The notes under the pieces were generated by a model that saw only the letters and a list, made by a program, of their open reading frames with translations, had not been told where the DNA came from and made no database searches. A stretch of 39,154 nucleotides of DNA from Pseudomonadota bacterium. GTDB lineage: Bacteria > Pseudomonadota > Gammaproteobacteria > Burkholderiales > SG8-39. Below are positions 10,050-18,354 of the stretch, piece by piece. Position 1 is the stretch's first letter, and every line of letters begins with the position of its first letter. The DNA lies in assembly GCA_021813275.1 (NCBI GenBank), contig JAKALD010000003.1, forward strand, positions 1-39,154. The letters run 5' to 3'. The position numbers and the translations under genes are program-made.

Positions 10050-12563
10050 TCAGATCAGATCTCTAACTACCGTGGACTCGTTGCCGTACACGTCCACGAC
10101 CTTCACTGCAATCCGCTTGTACCCCCGTACCGGGAACGGCTCAGAGTCGAGCTTTAGCGAAAATTCTTCCGGGTCCACCTCCACTCTTAGCGCGGCCTTG
10201 ATGTTCGGCGCTTTCTTGAAGTCAAAGAACATCTGGCAGTCCACGAAGCAGTCGCCGTCGTAGTCCTCGTCGAGATACCACGCCGATACGTAGCCCGAGT
10301 CCGCACCCTTGTACTCGGTCGTACGGCGCTTGCGGTCGAAGAGGGCCACGCCCTTGAGCGTGACACGGAGCTGCTTCTCCTTGCCGTCCTTTGCGGCCTT
10401 AACCTCGATGTCGGGCAGCGCGAGCGGAGAAAAAAGCGTCTCCGGCTGGGTCGCCTTGAGCCCCTCGGCAAGCGTATCCGGGCGGATCATGATCAGCTCG
10501 ACCTTGACCTTGCCCCGCTTCTCGAGCTGCGACTTCACTTCGCCGACGTTAGCCTCGAAGGCCCAGCCGAGCACGTGCACCTCAAGGATGCCGGAGGCGA
10601 GCGCGTCCTGGACGGCGTCGTTAATCTGCTTGCCGGTCACTCGGCCCGAGAGCGGCCCGATAGACATTGCGATCTTCGCGTTCTCAGTCTCCGCCACCGC
10701 GTGCACGAGCCCCGTCGCACCCTGGATTGCCGCATCCCTCCGATAGAGGCGGCAGACGACCTCGATGTAGTTCTCGAGTTTTGCCGCCTCACCGATCCCC
10801 GGCTCCCGGACGACGTAACCCTTCCAGTCCTCGACGGAGTAGCGGCCGAGGGACATGACTTCGAAGGGCCCTGTGACCCGGAGGGCAGATTCGTCCACCT
10901 CTGGCTTGTCTACCAACAAGAGATCGCCTGTCTCCCGCTCGTTCGAGACCGCACCCAACGTCACCTTTTCTGGCGACTCATAGACAAATCCGCTCCCCAA
11001 ACCCTGACCCCAGGTCTTGAAGTGCGGGAACACGGCAGCCAGAATTGCCTTTCGGGCGACGTTGATCGCAACTCGAGAAGTGTCACATGTGATCCAGCGC
11101 CTCCCCCATCGTTCACTGCATAACGCAGTCACGCCGGATCCGCAGGTAATGTCCAGCACCAAATCTCCAGGGCCGGTGGTCATGTGTATACAGCGCTCCA
11201 CTACCTTCTCCGACGTTTGCACAGCGTAGCGCTTGCCACTTGCGCCCTGAGTGTCGCTCCAGAGGTTCGTTACCTCCATGTACGGAAAGTCATCAAAGAA
11301 GAACACGTACTGAAGGCTGTCGCCTGGGGCCTCCAGTCGACGCTGCTCTATCAGGCGCTTCATGCCAGCCGGATTAGTCTTCCAGCTGTGGCCTTCGCGC
11401 GGTGAGAACTTCCTCCCTTCAAACTTTACGTCGAAGACACACGAAGGTGTCAGGCCCGACGAATTCAAGTCAATCAGGCGGTAGATCTTGGCTCCGTCCG
11501 GAAGTGACGTCGGGTCCTCCCGTTCTTCATCCGACATTGACCGGCGACTGCCGTCCGGAAGTTCAACACGAGTAAACTGCGTACCGGATCCTACGCCTCG
11601 GTCGGTGTAGATCTTTTGGTAGCGGACCTGTGGCTTGTCCTTCGAGTACCACAGCAGATAGTCGCAAATGCCTGCGAGTAACGTATTGCGAAGCGGAATC
11701 TTCGTACGGAAGGAAATCTGAGCAACGAAGTTGGACGCACCGAACACTTCGTCCATCAAGGCCCGTGCCCTGTGGACGTGCTCGTCCCCAATCTGAACGA
11801 ACACGCTGCCGCTGCCCCGGAGCAACTCCCGGCAGAGATACAGCCGCTCTTCGAGATACGAGAGCCAAGAATGAACCCCAAGCGCCCATGTATCTCGAAA
11901 TGCCTTGATGGTCAGGACATCGTCGGCTGATTCGTTTTCCTTGTTCTTCGTCGAATCCACCCGCTGCTGGAAGTTCGAGTCGTACTTGATGCCATACGGC
12001 GGGTCGATGTAGATCATCTGCACTTTGCCGCGTAGGTTCTCGTAGTGGAGCAGCGACTCCATCACGTGCAGCGAGTCGCCGCAGATAAGCTTATTCTTCC
12101 AACCCTCCTCGTGGGTGTAGAACTCGACGCGCTTGCTCCGGTCGGTCTCGCGCAGCGTCTTCTCGAGGTCGGCGAAGAGGTGCCCCTGGCGCGCCGCACC
12201 TGACTTCTCCTCGGCCGCCCGGCGCGCGCGCTCGATGATTTGCGCGATGCGCGACTCGGACACGATCTCGTTGCGCTGGAGCGGCAGCACCGGCACCTCG
12301 CGCCGGTTGCGCTTGCCCGCCCAGAAGAGCACCGGGTCCGCCGCCGGGTCCATGTCCACGACCACCGGCCGCTCGTCGCCCTCCGGCAGCTTGCCGACGT
12401 GAATGGCCTTGCTCCAGCCGTTGTCCATCGGCAGCGTCACCATCTGGTCCTCGGCCGGCAGGAGAGACGTGTGCCCGGTCTCGGGCGCGCGCGGCTCCTT
12501 GATGTCCTCGTAGGTGTAGCGGGTGACCTTCTTCTCAGCCTTGGGCTTCGGGGTGCGGGCCAT
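10050..12563 (-). CDS. Site-specific DNA methyltransferase (Type III Mod-like, beta class)
   Basis: NKLICGDSL, catalytic IDPPYG precedes SAM-binding LDITCGSG (motif order IV-TRD-I); C-terminal VKVVDVYGNE; start set at ATG 12563 (MARTPKPK) with AGGGA upstream. Confidence 0.92.
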   Translation of the reverse strand: MARTPKPKAEKKVTRYTYEDIKEPRAPETGHTSLLPAEDQMVTLPMDNGWSKAIHVGKLPEGDERPVVVDMDPAADPVLFWAGKRNRREVPVLPLQRNEIVSESRIAQIIERARRAAEEKSGAARQGHLFADLEKTLRETDRSKRVEFYTHEEGWKNKLICGDSLHVMESLLHYENLRGKVQMIYIDPPYGIKYDSNFQQRVDSTKNKENESADDVLTIKAFRDTWALGVHSWLSYLEERLYLCRELLRGSGSVFVQIGDEHVHRARALMDEVFGASNFVAQISFRTKIPLRNTLLAGICDYLLWYSKDKPQVRYQKIYTDRGVGSGTQFTRVELPDGSRRSMSDEEREDPTSLPDGAKIYRLIDLNSSGLTPSCVFDVKFEGRKFSPREGHSWKTNPAGMKRLIEQRRLEAPGDSLQYVFFFDDFPYMEVTNLWSDTQGASGKRYAVQTSEKVVERCIHMTTGPGDLVLDITCGSGVTALCSERWGRRWITCDTSRVAINVARKAILAAVFPHFKTWGQGLGSGFVYESPEKVTLGAVSNERETGDLLLVDKPEVDESALRVTGPFEVMSLGRYSVEDWKGYVVREPGIGEAAKLENYIEVVCRLYRRDAAIQGATGLVHAVAETENAKIAMSIGPLSGRVTGKQINDAVQDALASGILEVHVLGWAFEANVGEVKSQLEKRGKVKVELIMIRPDTLAEGLKATQPETLFSPLALPDIEVKAAKDGKEKQLRVTLKGVALFDRKRRTTEYKGADSGYVSAWYLDEDYDGDCFVDCQMFFDFKKAPNIKAALRVEVDPEEFSLKLDSEPFPVRGYKRIAVKVVDVYGNESTVVRDLI

Positions 12564-12580
12564 ATCGGTCTTGTCCCTCG

Positions 12581-15340
12581 TCACTTGGTTCCGGCAACGG
12601 CTCGGCCGGTAGTGCACATGCCACGATAGTCGCAGGCTCCGCACTTCTTCGGCCCCGCCACGGTCGGCAGCGAAGCCGTGCGAAGTGCCTCGGCCGCTTC
12701 GCGGACCTTCGACTTCACGTCTGCGATGAAGTCGTCGTCCACCGACCGCGGCTTGCGCTTGCGCTCGTCTAGCTCGTAGATCTCGACGTAGTCCGGCCGC
12801 CGGCCGGTGAGGTCCTGGTAGCCCAGCGCGTACACGTGGAGCTGCGCCTCGGTGACCTCTTCGGGCTGGGCACGGTCGGTCGACTTGAGATCGACGATCG
12901 TGGTTTCTCCGGTGTCGATGCGACGGACCAAATCGATGCGCCCGACGATGCTTACGCCGTCGCCGAGACTCACCTCGATCTGCTTCTCCGAGAACTCGAT
13001 CTTGTCGAACAACGCCGCGTTGTCGGCCAGGTAGTCGCGGAGCACGCGTTCGGCCGTCGCCTCGAGCTCCTGCCGGAGCGCCGGGTAAGCGTAAGGCGCG
13101 TGCAGATGCGTCTCGACCAGCCGCGGCACCTCGCTCGCGTTGGCCACGTCGCCGCGCAGGGCGCGAGCGTGCACCTCTGCCAACGCGTCATGCAGCGACT
13201 TGCCGTAGCCCAGCGCCTCGTGGATCGGCGCATTGAAGCCGTACAGGATGCGCAGCTTGAACTGGTAGGGACACTCGAAGAAGTACTTCAGGTCGGAGAA
13301 GGAAAAGACGACGTTGGCGACGCCAGCGCGCGGTCTCGGCGGGAGGCGCTTGCGCGTCGAGTAGTCGGGCGCGCGGCGTTTGACGTACTTCGAGGCGAGG
13401 ATGTCGTCCCAGAACTGCGAGCGCTTCTGGAAGAGCTGGTTGCCTGGGATCGGCGCCCAAGTCAGGTGCAGGAATTTCTGGCTACGCGTCATGGCGACGT
13501 AGAAGAGCCGCCGTTCATCCTCGATCGTCCCCTCGAAGCGTACTTGCCCCTTGATGCCGGCACGCGGCAGCAGATGCCAAACATTCCGCCCGCCTGGCTT
13601 CTTGGCGGGAAACCGGTTCTTGAGCAGTGCAGGCACGAACACCACCGGCCACTGCATCCCCTTGGCCTGATGGATGGTCATGATCCGCACGGCGTCGAGG
13701 TTGGCGTACTGATTGTCCTGCCAGCCCTCAGGGTAGGCGTCCTCGGCGCGGTACTGCAGGAAGTCGGCGAACGAGCCGTACTTCTCGACCGGCTTCGACT
13801 GGAAGTGGATCGTCTCGAAGTCCGAGATGACCTGGCTGAACTTGCCGAGGTTGTAGAAAACCACTTCGCCACGGCCGCCTGGAATCAGCTCCTCGCGGAC
13901 ACCGGCCTGCTCGAGGAACGCTAAGAAGACGCGCTGGATCGAGTACTGTCCCCAGCGCCTCTGGTCGGGATCGATCAACGCCGCCTTGGCAGCGGCAGCA
14001 CCCGCGATCGCCTGATCGAGTGCTGCCGGTTCGAGGCCGAGACCGGCGGACTCCCAGGCGGCTTTCAAGGCTGCGGCGTCCACTCCCGGTCGATCGGCGA
14101 TGAAGTAGAACAGCTGCCGGGCAGCTCCCGCCTCGGCAGTGCCGAACAGATTGGTCATGCCGGTGACGACGAACGGGATTCCGGCCGCCCGAAGAGCTCG
14201 CGTGATGGGCTCGGCGTTCGCCTTCACGCTGCGGAGCAAGACCGCCATGTCGGACCACGACAGGCCACGCTCGACCTCGTCCTCCTTGAACGCGACGCCG
14301 CGGAGAGCTCGAATCGTCTCGACGATGTGCCGGGCCTCGGCATCCGGATCGGCGAACGACAGTGCCACGACGTCGCCGCTCTCGTAGGGCTGCGCGCCGG
14401 TCGGTTTCATCGCCTTCGTGAGCCGCGCGCCGTTCTGCTCGATGAAGCCGCGCGCCGTCTCAATCACGCCCTCGCATGAGCGGAAGTTCTCCTCCAGAGG
14501 AATCTGCTCAACGGCCGGGTAACGTCTCTCAAACGTGAGGATGTTCTCGACGTCGCTGCCGCGCCACTGGTAGATAGTCTGGTCGTCGTCGCCGACCACG
14601 CAGATGCGCGCCCCCAGTTCGTGCAGCGACCAGACGATCGCTTCCTGCACGGGGTTGACGTCCTGATACTCGTCCACGATGACGTACTTCACGCGCTCGG
14701 CGACCCGTGCTCGCAGGCCCTGGTCGTTGGTGAGGAGCGTCACAGCCTCTTCGAGGATCGACGAGTAATCCAGGTAGCTCTTGTCATCGAGCAGCTTCTG
14801 GTAGGCCGGGAGGCCGTTGAGTACGGAGCAGCCGTTGAGCTGAGCATCGTCGCGCTCCGCTTCTCGCAGGATCGACAGCGCAGTGACGTAGTGCTTTGTG
14901 TCGAGATAGCGCCTCAGCGCGGCACCGTTGAGGTCTGTAGACGTGGTGAGCCCGCTCTTGCTGCTGTTCCGATCGACGAAGAGCCCCTGCTGGACCTCGT
15001 TCAGGACCTCGAACTTGAGGTGCTTCGGCGATTCGGACTTCAGAAGCTCCAAGCAAAAGGCGTGGATCGTGCCGACGAACATCTCTGCCATCCCGGGCAT
15101 GTCGCCAAGCGCCTGGCGGGTGCGCGTGACGATCCGCTCCTTCAGTTCGGCCGCGGCCTTGTCCGTGAAGGTGAAGGCGATGATGTTGCGCGGGGCAAGC
15201 GAGTCTTCTCTGCCCGGCGTCAGCAAATGGACCACGCGCCGTGCGACGACCTCGGTCTTTCCCGAGCCGGCGCAAGCGATGAGCTGCAGGTTGCGGCCAT
15301 CGAACTCAATGGCCTTCTTCTGTGACGCGGTGAGTTTCAT
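12581..15340 (-). CDS. UvrD/PcrA-like SF1 helicase fused to a 4-Cys PD-(D/E)xK (AddB/Cas4-like) nuclease
   Basis: AGSGKT, TFTDKAA, VDEYQD, VGDDDQTIYQWRG, TIHQAKG, ERRLFYVAMTR; C-terminal CPYQ...GRID...IVDLK...QLHVY...CGACDYRGMC. Confidence 0.92.
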   Translation of the reverse strand: MKLTASQKKAIEFDGRNLQLIACAGSGKTEVVARRVVHLLTPGREDSLAPRNIIAFTFTDKAAAELKERIVTRTRQALGDMPGMAEMFVGTIHAFCLELLKSESPKHLKFEVLNEVQQGLFVDRNSSKSGLTTSTDLNGAALRRYLDTKHYVTALSILREAERDDAQLNGCSVLNGLPAYQKLLDDKSYLDYSSILEEAVTLLTNDQGLRARVAERVKYVIVDEYQDVNPVQEAIVWSLHELGARICVVGDDDQTIYQWRGSDVENILTFERRYPAVEQIPLEENFRSCEGVIETARGFIEQNGARLTKAMKPTGAQPYESGDVVALSFADPDAEARHIVETIRALRGVAFKEDEVERGLSWSDMAVLLRSVKANAEPITRALRAAGIPFVVTGMTNLFGTAEAGAARQLFYFIADRPGVDAAALKAAWESAGLGLEPAALDQAIAGAAAAKAALIDPDQRRWGQYSIQRVFLAFLEQAGVREELIPGGRGEVVFYNLGKFSQVISDFETIHFQSKPVEKYGSFADFLQYRAEDAYPEGWQDNQYANLDAVRIMTIHQAKGMQWPVVFVPALLKNRFPAKKPGGRNVWHLLPRAGIKGQVRFEGTIEDERRLFYVAMTRSQKFLHLTWAPIPGNQLFQKRSQFWDDILASKYVKRRAPDYSTRKRLPPRPRAGVANVVFSFSDLKYFFECPYQFKLRILYGFNAPIHEALGYGKSLHDALAEVHARALRGDVANASEVPRLVETHLHAPYAYPALRQELEATAERVLRDYLADNAALFDKIEFSEKQIEVSLGDGVSIVGRIDLVRRIDTGETTIVDLKSTDRAQPEEVTEAQLHVYALGYQDLTGRRPDYVEIYELDERKRKPRSVDDDFIADVKSKVREAAEALRTASLPTVAGPKKCGACDYRGMCTTGRAVAGTK

Positions 15341-15597
15341 ACCGCGCGACTGTGAGGCGCGGCGTACGACAACCCGGCGACGCGAGCCGTGCGATGCGCC
15401 AACTCTCCCTCGCGCGACTGGTTCGACGACAACACGCCATTCGCGAGCACGAAGCCAGCTACGCCCCCATGCGTGAGGTAGTGGACGACGCGCTTGTATT
15501 CCGCGGCGTCGATCCTGCCGCGCAGCGCATCGGCCAGCTGCCGAAGTTGCGCTTCATACCCTAAAGTCGCACCGTTTGCCGCAATCTTCTTCGCCAC
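15337..15597 (-). pseudogene. hsdM: Internally deleted Type I RM modification subunit (hsdM) relic
   Basis: GATLGYEAQLRQLADALRGRIDAAEYK resembles the HsdM N-terminus and is joined directly to GVAGFVLANGVLSSNQSREGE, resembling the post-catalytic HsdM segment; the SAM and NPPF motifs are absent. Confidence 0.78.
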
Positions 15598-15846
15598 GCC
15601 CCTACCCCTTTTCTTGCTCAATTTCACCATATCATTGCACGGTGGCATCACCAATTATCCGGCCTCCTACACAGTCCGGAGCCCCAGACCCTACTCAAAG
15701 CCCGTCAACCCTAAGCGCCACCCAAAAGAGCCGCAACCTGCGCGCCAGGTTCCCTGTCACCCGGTTGCTGATTCACGACGCGGGCCGCCGCGTCGCTTCG
15801 CAAAGCTTGAAGATCTTAAACGCGCCGCCCGGCGCGGGTCGTAGCT

Positions 15847-15940
15847 GTCCCTTTCTTTCGCCCCTCATCTTCGAGTGAAGGGGACGAAAGCGTGAGCCGC
15901 TGGAGCAAGCCGCCAGAGCCTGGCGGCTAAAGCGTCTCCA
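15847..15940 (+). ncRNA. Structured element upstream of radC (candidate radC RNA/ssDNA motif)
   Basis: Hairpin CTTTCG-CCCCT...AGGGG-A-CGAAAG (15855-15890) and TGGAG...AGCCGCCAG-AGC-CTGGCGGCT...CTCCA (15901-15940), located in the radC leader. Confidence 0.55.
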
Positions 15941-16028
15941 AAGCAGAACCTCCCTCTCCCGTCCCCCAGAGGAGGCGAAGAGAACTCCGCATGAGCAGCA
16001 GTTTTTTCACAGCGCACAGGAGGCGCAC

Positions 16029-16661
16029 ATGCTGCTCAGCAACGAAGTAACCCACGCAACCGACCTCGACCTGCTCACCGTTGTCCTCGGCAACCGCAGC
16101 ACAGCCGGAGCACTGCTCAAGAAGGCCGGCGGATCGCTCTCCAACCTGCTCCACGCCATACCTTCCGAGAACGGGGATCTTTTCTGCGCCCAAGGCTCGA
16201 GCGCCTACGCGCCGGGCCCGATCGCCAAACTACAAGCAGCACGCGAGCTTGCAGCGCCCGGCATCGCGGAGAATCTGAGGGGACGGGATTGTCTGACGAG
16301 CCCGGGAGCGGTGCGGGACTTCCTCAAGCTACGGCTTGCGGGGCGGCCACACGAATTCTTTGTCTGTATCCAGCTCGACGCGCAGCATCGCGTAATCGCG
16401 ATCGAAGAGCTTTTCCGAGGGACACTGACGCAGACGAGCGTTTATCCGCGGGAAGTCGTCAAGGCCTCGCTACGGGCGAACACCGCAGCGGTGATCTTTG
16501 CGCACAATCACCCCTCGGGCGTCGCGCAGCCGAGCCAAGCCGACGAGCTCCTGACCCGCACGCTCAAGGAAGCCCTGGCCCTGGTGGACGTCAAAGTCCT
16601 CGATCACTTCGTCGTCGCAGGCACGAGCACGCTTTCCTTCGCCGAGCGCGGCCTGCTCTGA
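16029..16661 (+). CDS. radC: RadC-like JAB/MPN domain protein
   Basis: [24 protein letters not shown]...[19 protein letters not shown]; AGGAGG RBS. Confidence 0.93.
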   Translation: MLLSNEVTHATDLDLLTVVLGNRSTAGALLKKAGGSLSNLLHAIPSENGDLFCAQGSSAYAPGPIAKLQAARELAAPGIAENLRGRDCLTSPGAVRDFLKLRLAGRPHEFFVCIQLDAQHRVIAIEELFRGTLTQTSVYPREVVKASLRANTAAVIFAHNHPSGVAQPSQADELLTRTLKEALALVDVKVLDHFVVAGTSTLSFAERGLL

Positions 16662-16729
16662 TCCACAACTGCGCGGAGAACCCTCGCGAAGCGCCAGCGA
16701 TGTTCCCCTCGCGCGCCCCTGCCCAGCGC

Positions 16730-16930
16730 TCACGACTTCAAGAGCTTTGGATGCCGCTTTTTCAACCACTCGAGAACGCTGTCCCGCAGCTCACTCGCCA
16801 GCTCGTGAATTTCCCGCGCCTCGCGCTCGGACATCACGCCGGCAGACTCGCAGCATGAGGCACGATGCGCGCCGTACGCGCGCGCTTTCTCAAGTACGGG
16901 TGCATCAACGCCTGACAACGAGCCTAACGG
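16730..16930 (-). pseudogene. C-terminal fragment of a HEPN-like partner of the MNT gene
   Basis: ESAGVMSEREAREIHELASELRDSVLEWLKKRHPKLL resembles the C-terminal helix of proteins encoded downstream of wHTH-nucleotidyltransferases; no credible start of its own. Confidence 0.55.
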
Positions 16931-17007
16931 GCCGAGCCGAAAGGCTCGACCTCCTGCAGTCCAAGAAGAGGCGAGGGGCACACATCCCCTCGCGCACCCC
17001 ACCCGTC

Positions 17008-17370
17008 CTACGCCGCGCGCTTCTCGATCGGCCTAACCCCCAGACGAAGCCCGGTAGCGGCAAGTAGCGCACTGAGACTTCGAAGTTCCGGATTTCCCGC
17101 CTTCGAGAGCATTCTGTACACCGCCTCACGAGTGAGTCCCGCGCGACGTGCCACTTCCGCAATGCCGCCCTGCGCCTGCGCGATCTGACGAAGTGCCAGC
17201 AGGATCGCGCCTTGGTCGCCGTCCTCGAGCACGGCCTCGAGGTAGCCGGCAGCATGAGCCGGGTCCTTCAGCTGGTCGATGAGCCAGGGCTCGTACGGCA
17301 CGCTAGCGGGAACCGCGCGGCCTTTGCCGCGCGGTGCGCGCCTTGTAGTCCTTGAAGTACTCTTTCGCAC
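17008..17370 (-). CDS. Addiction-module antitoxin, HTH (HigA-like); start uncertain
   Basis: LKDPAHAAGYLEAVLEDGD...ALRQIAQAQGGIAEVARRAGLTREAVYRMLSKAGNPEL...LLAATGLRL. Confidence 0.88.
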   Translation of the reverse strand: MRKSTSRTTRRAPRGKGRAVPASVPYEPWLIDQLKDPAHAAGYLEAVLEDGDQGAILLALRQIAQAQGGIAEVARRAGLTREAVYRMLSKAGNPELRSLSALLAATGLRLGVRPIEKRAA

Positions 17371-17650
17371 GCTCGATGTCCTTATCCTGCGTCCTCTTGT
17401 CCCCTCCGCGAAGGAGAAGCACCACCACCTGGCCGAGCCGCGCGAAATAGACGCGGTAGCCCGGGCCCCAATCGATCCTCAGTTCCAGCACGCCTTCGCC
17501 CACCGGCTCGGTGTCGCCGAAGTTCCCTTGTGCCAGACGCGCAAGCCGCGCCTCTATCCGGCTGACCGCTTGCACGTCCCGCAAACCGAGCAGCCAATCG
17601 CGGACCGGTTGCCTGCCCTCCGCATCCTGGTAGAAGTAAATCTCGAGCGT
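17303..17650 (-). CDS. RelE/ParE-family addiction-module toxin (HigB-like); canonical start codon missing
   Basis: Frame reads TLEIYFYQDAEGRQPVRDWLLGLRD...GNFGD...VGEGVLELRIDWGPGYRVYF...GGDKRTQDKDIERAKEY; the homologous start position is ACG at 17650. Confidence 0.85.
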   Translation of the reverse strand, partial: TLEIYFYQDAEGRQPVRDWLLGLRDVQAVSRIEARLARLAQGNFGDTEPVGEGVLELRIDWGPGYRVYFARLGQVVVLLLRGGDKRTQDKDIERAKEYFKDYKARTARQRPRGSR

Positions 17651-17679
17651 GATTGTAACCTAAAGGTTGCCCAAGGGGT

Positions 17680-17777
17680 AACTCGCGCTCGACAATCGCG
17701 GACAGCGCCGCGATTTCTTCGGCGCTCGACTCGTGCGGGCTAAGCCACTTATTTCTTTGCCAGCCGGCCAAGCTCAT
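17680..17777 (-). pseudogene. N-terminal fragment of the HEPN-like partner gene
   Basis: MSLAGWQRNKWLSPHESSAEEIAALSAIVERE; ATG overlaps the MNT gene end by 29 bp; similarity stops where the addiction-module promoter begins. Confidence 0.6.
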
Positions 17778-18354
17778 GCTCGTCCCCGATCAGGAACATC
17801 TTCTCGCCCTTCAGCACCGTGCGCAGGAAATGCTGCTCCGCCGCGAGCCTGGCCCGGAAATCCTCCGGCGCATACACCGAAGGGTTGATCTCGCGGCCGA
17901 TCGCCTTCTGCGCCTTGCCGAGCGCGTCGGAAACCTCCGCGAAGGACGCTTCCCCGATCACCATGACGTCCACGTCGCTCGCGCGCCGCTCGGTCCCTTT
18001 CGCGATCGACCCGTAGACGAACGCGACGCGGATCCTGTCGGCAAGCGGCGCGAGCGCTGCCCGGACCGCATCCCCTACCCCCGCGGTCTTTGCGACCAGG
18101 CCACGCAGCTCGGCGTAGATCGGCGAGCCCGGGTTCGCCTGGTAGTACACCTGCCGGCCGCGCACCGCGCGTCGGACCACCCCGGCGCGCGCGAGGAACT
18201 CGAGCTCGCGCTGCACTGCGCCGCGCCCGAGCCCGCCGAGCTGGATCAGGCTCTCCTGGAGGTGCTCCTCGTCGGCGCGCGAGTACAGGAGCGCCAGCAG
18301 CGTCTGGCGCGTCTTGCCGAAGAGCGACGGTGCCGCTCCGGGGATGGCCCTCGC
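17749..18354 (-). CDS. wHTH + minimal nucleotidyltransferase (MNT) antitoxin-like protein, 5' end disrupted
   Basis: Open frame SLFGKTRQTLLALLY...LGRGAVQRELEFL...YYQAN (wHTH) then VYGSIAKG...SDVDVMVIG (GS/DxD NTase motif); in-frame TAG at 18357-18355 and no ATG/GTG/TTG before the HTH. Confidence 0.8.
   Translation of the reverse strand, partial: ARAIPGAAPSLFGKTRQTLLALLYSRADEEHLQESLIQLGGLGRGAVQRELEFLARAGVVRRAVRGRQVYYQANPGSPIYAELRGLVAKTAGVGDAVRAALAPLADRIRVAFVYGSIAKGTERRASDVDVMVIGEASFAEVSDALGKAQKAIGREINPSVYAPEDFRARLAAEQHFLRTVLKGEKMFLIGDEHELGRLAKK

Noticed and set aside
10050-12563. Phase-variable simple sequence repeat in mod
   Set aside because: No homopolymer or short tandem repeat tract was seen in the gene or its leader.
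12581-13320. Cas4-like domain as a sign of CRISPR-Cas
   Set aside because: It is fused to UvrD; no cas1/cas2 or repeat-spacer array is visible anywhere in the window.
6479-15340. Assignment to DISARM, BREX or Type I RM
   Set aside because: No DUF1998, PLD, PglZ, BrxC, HsdS or HsdR genes were recognised; MTase motif order and Res architecture fit a Type III-like system.
16915-17040. GCCTAAC motifs (16922 and ~17031) suggesting integron attC sites around the TA cassette
   Set aside because: No matching GTTRRRY partner at a suitable distance, no attC-like stem, and no integron integrase.
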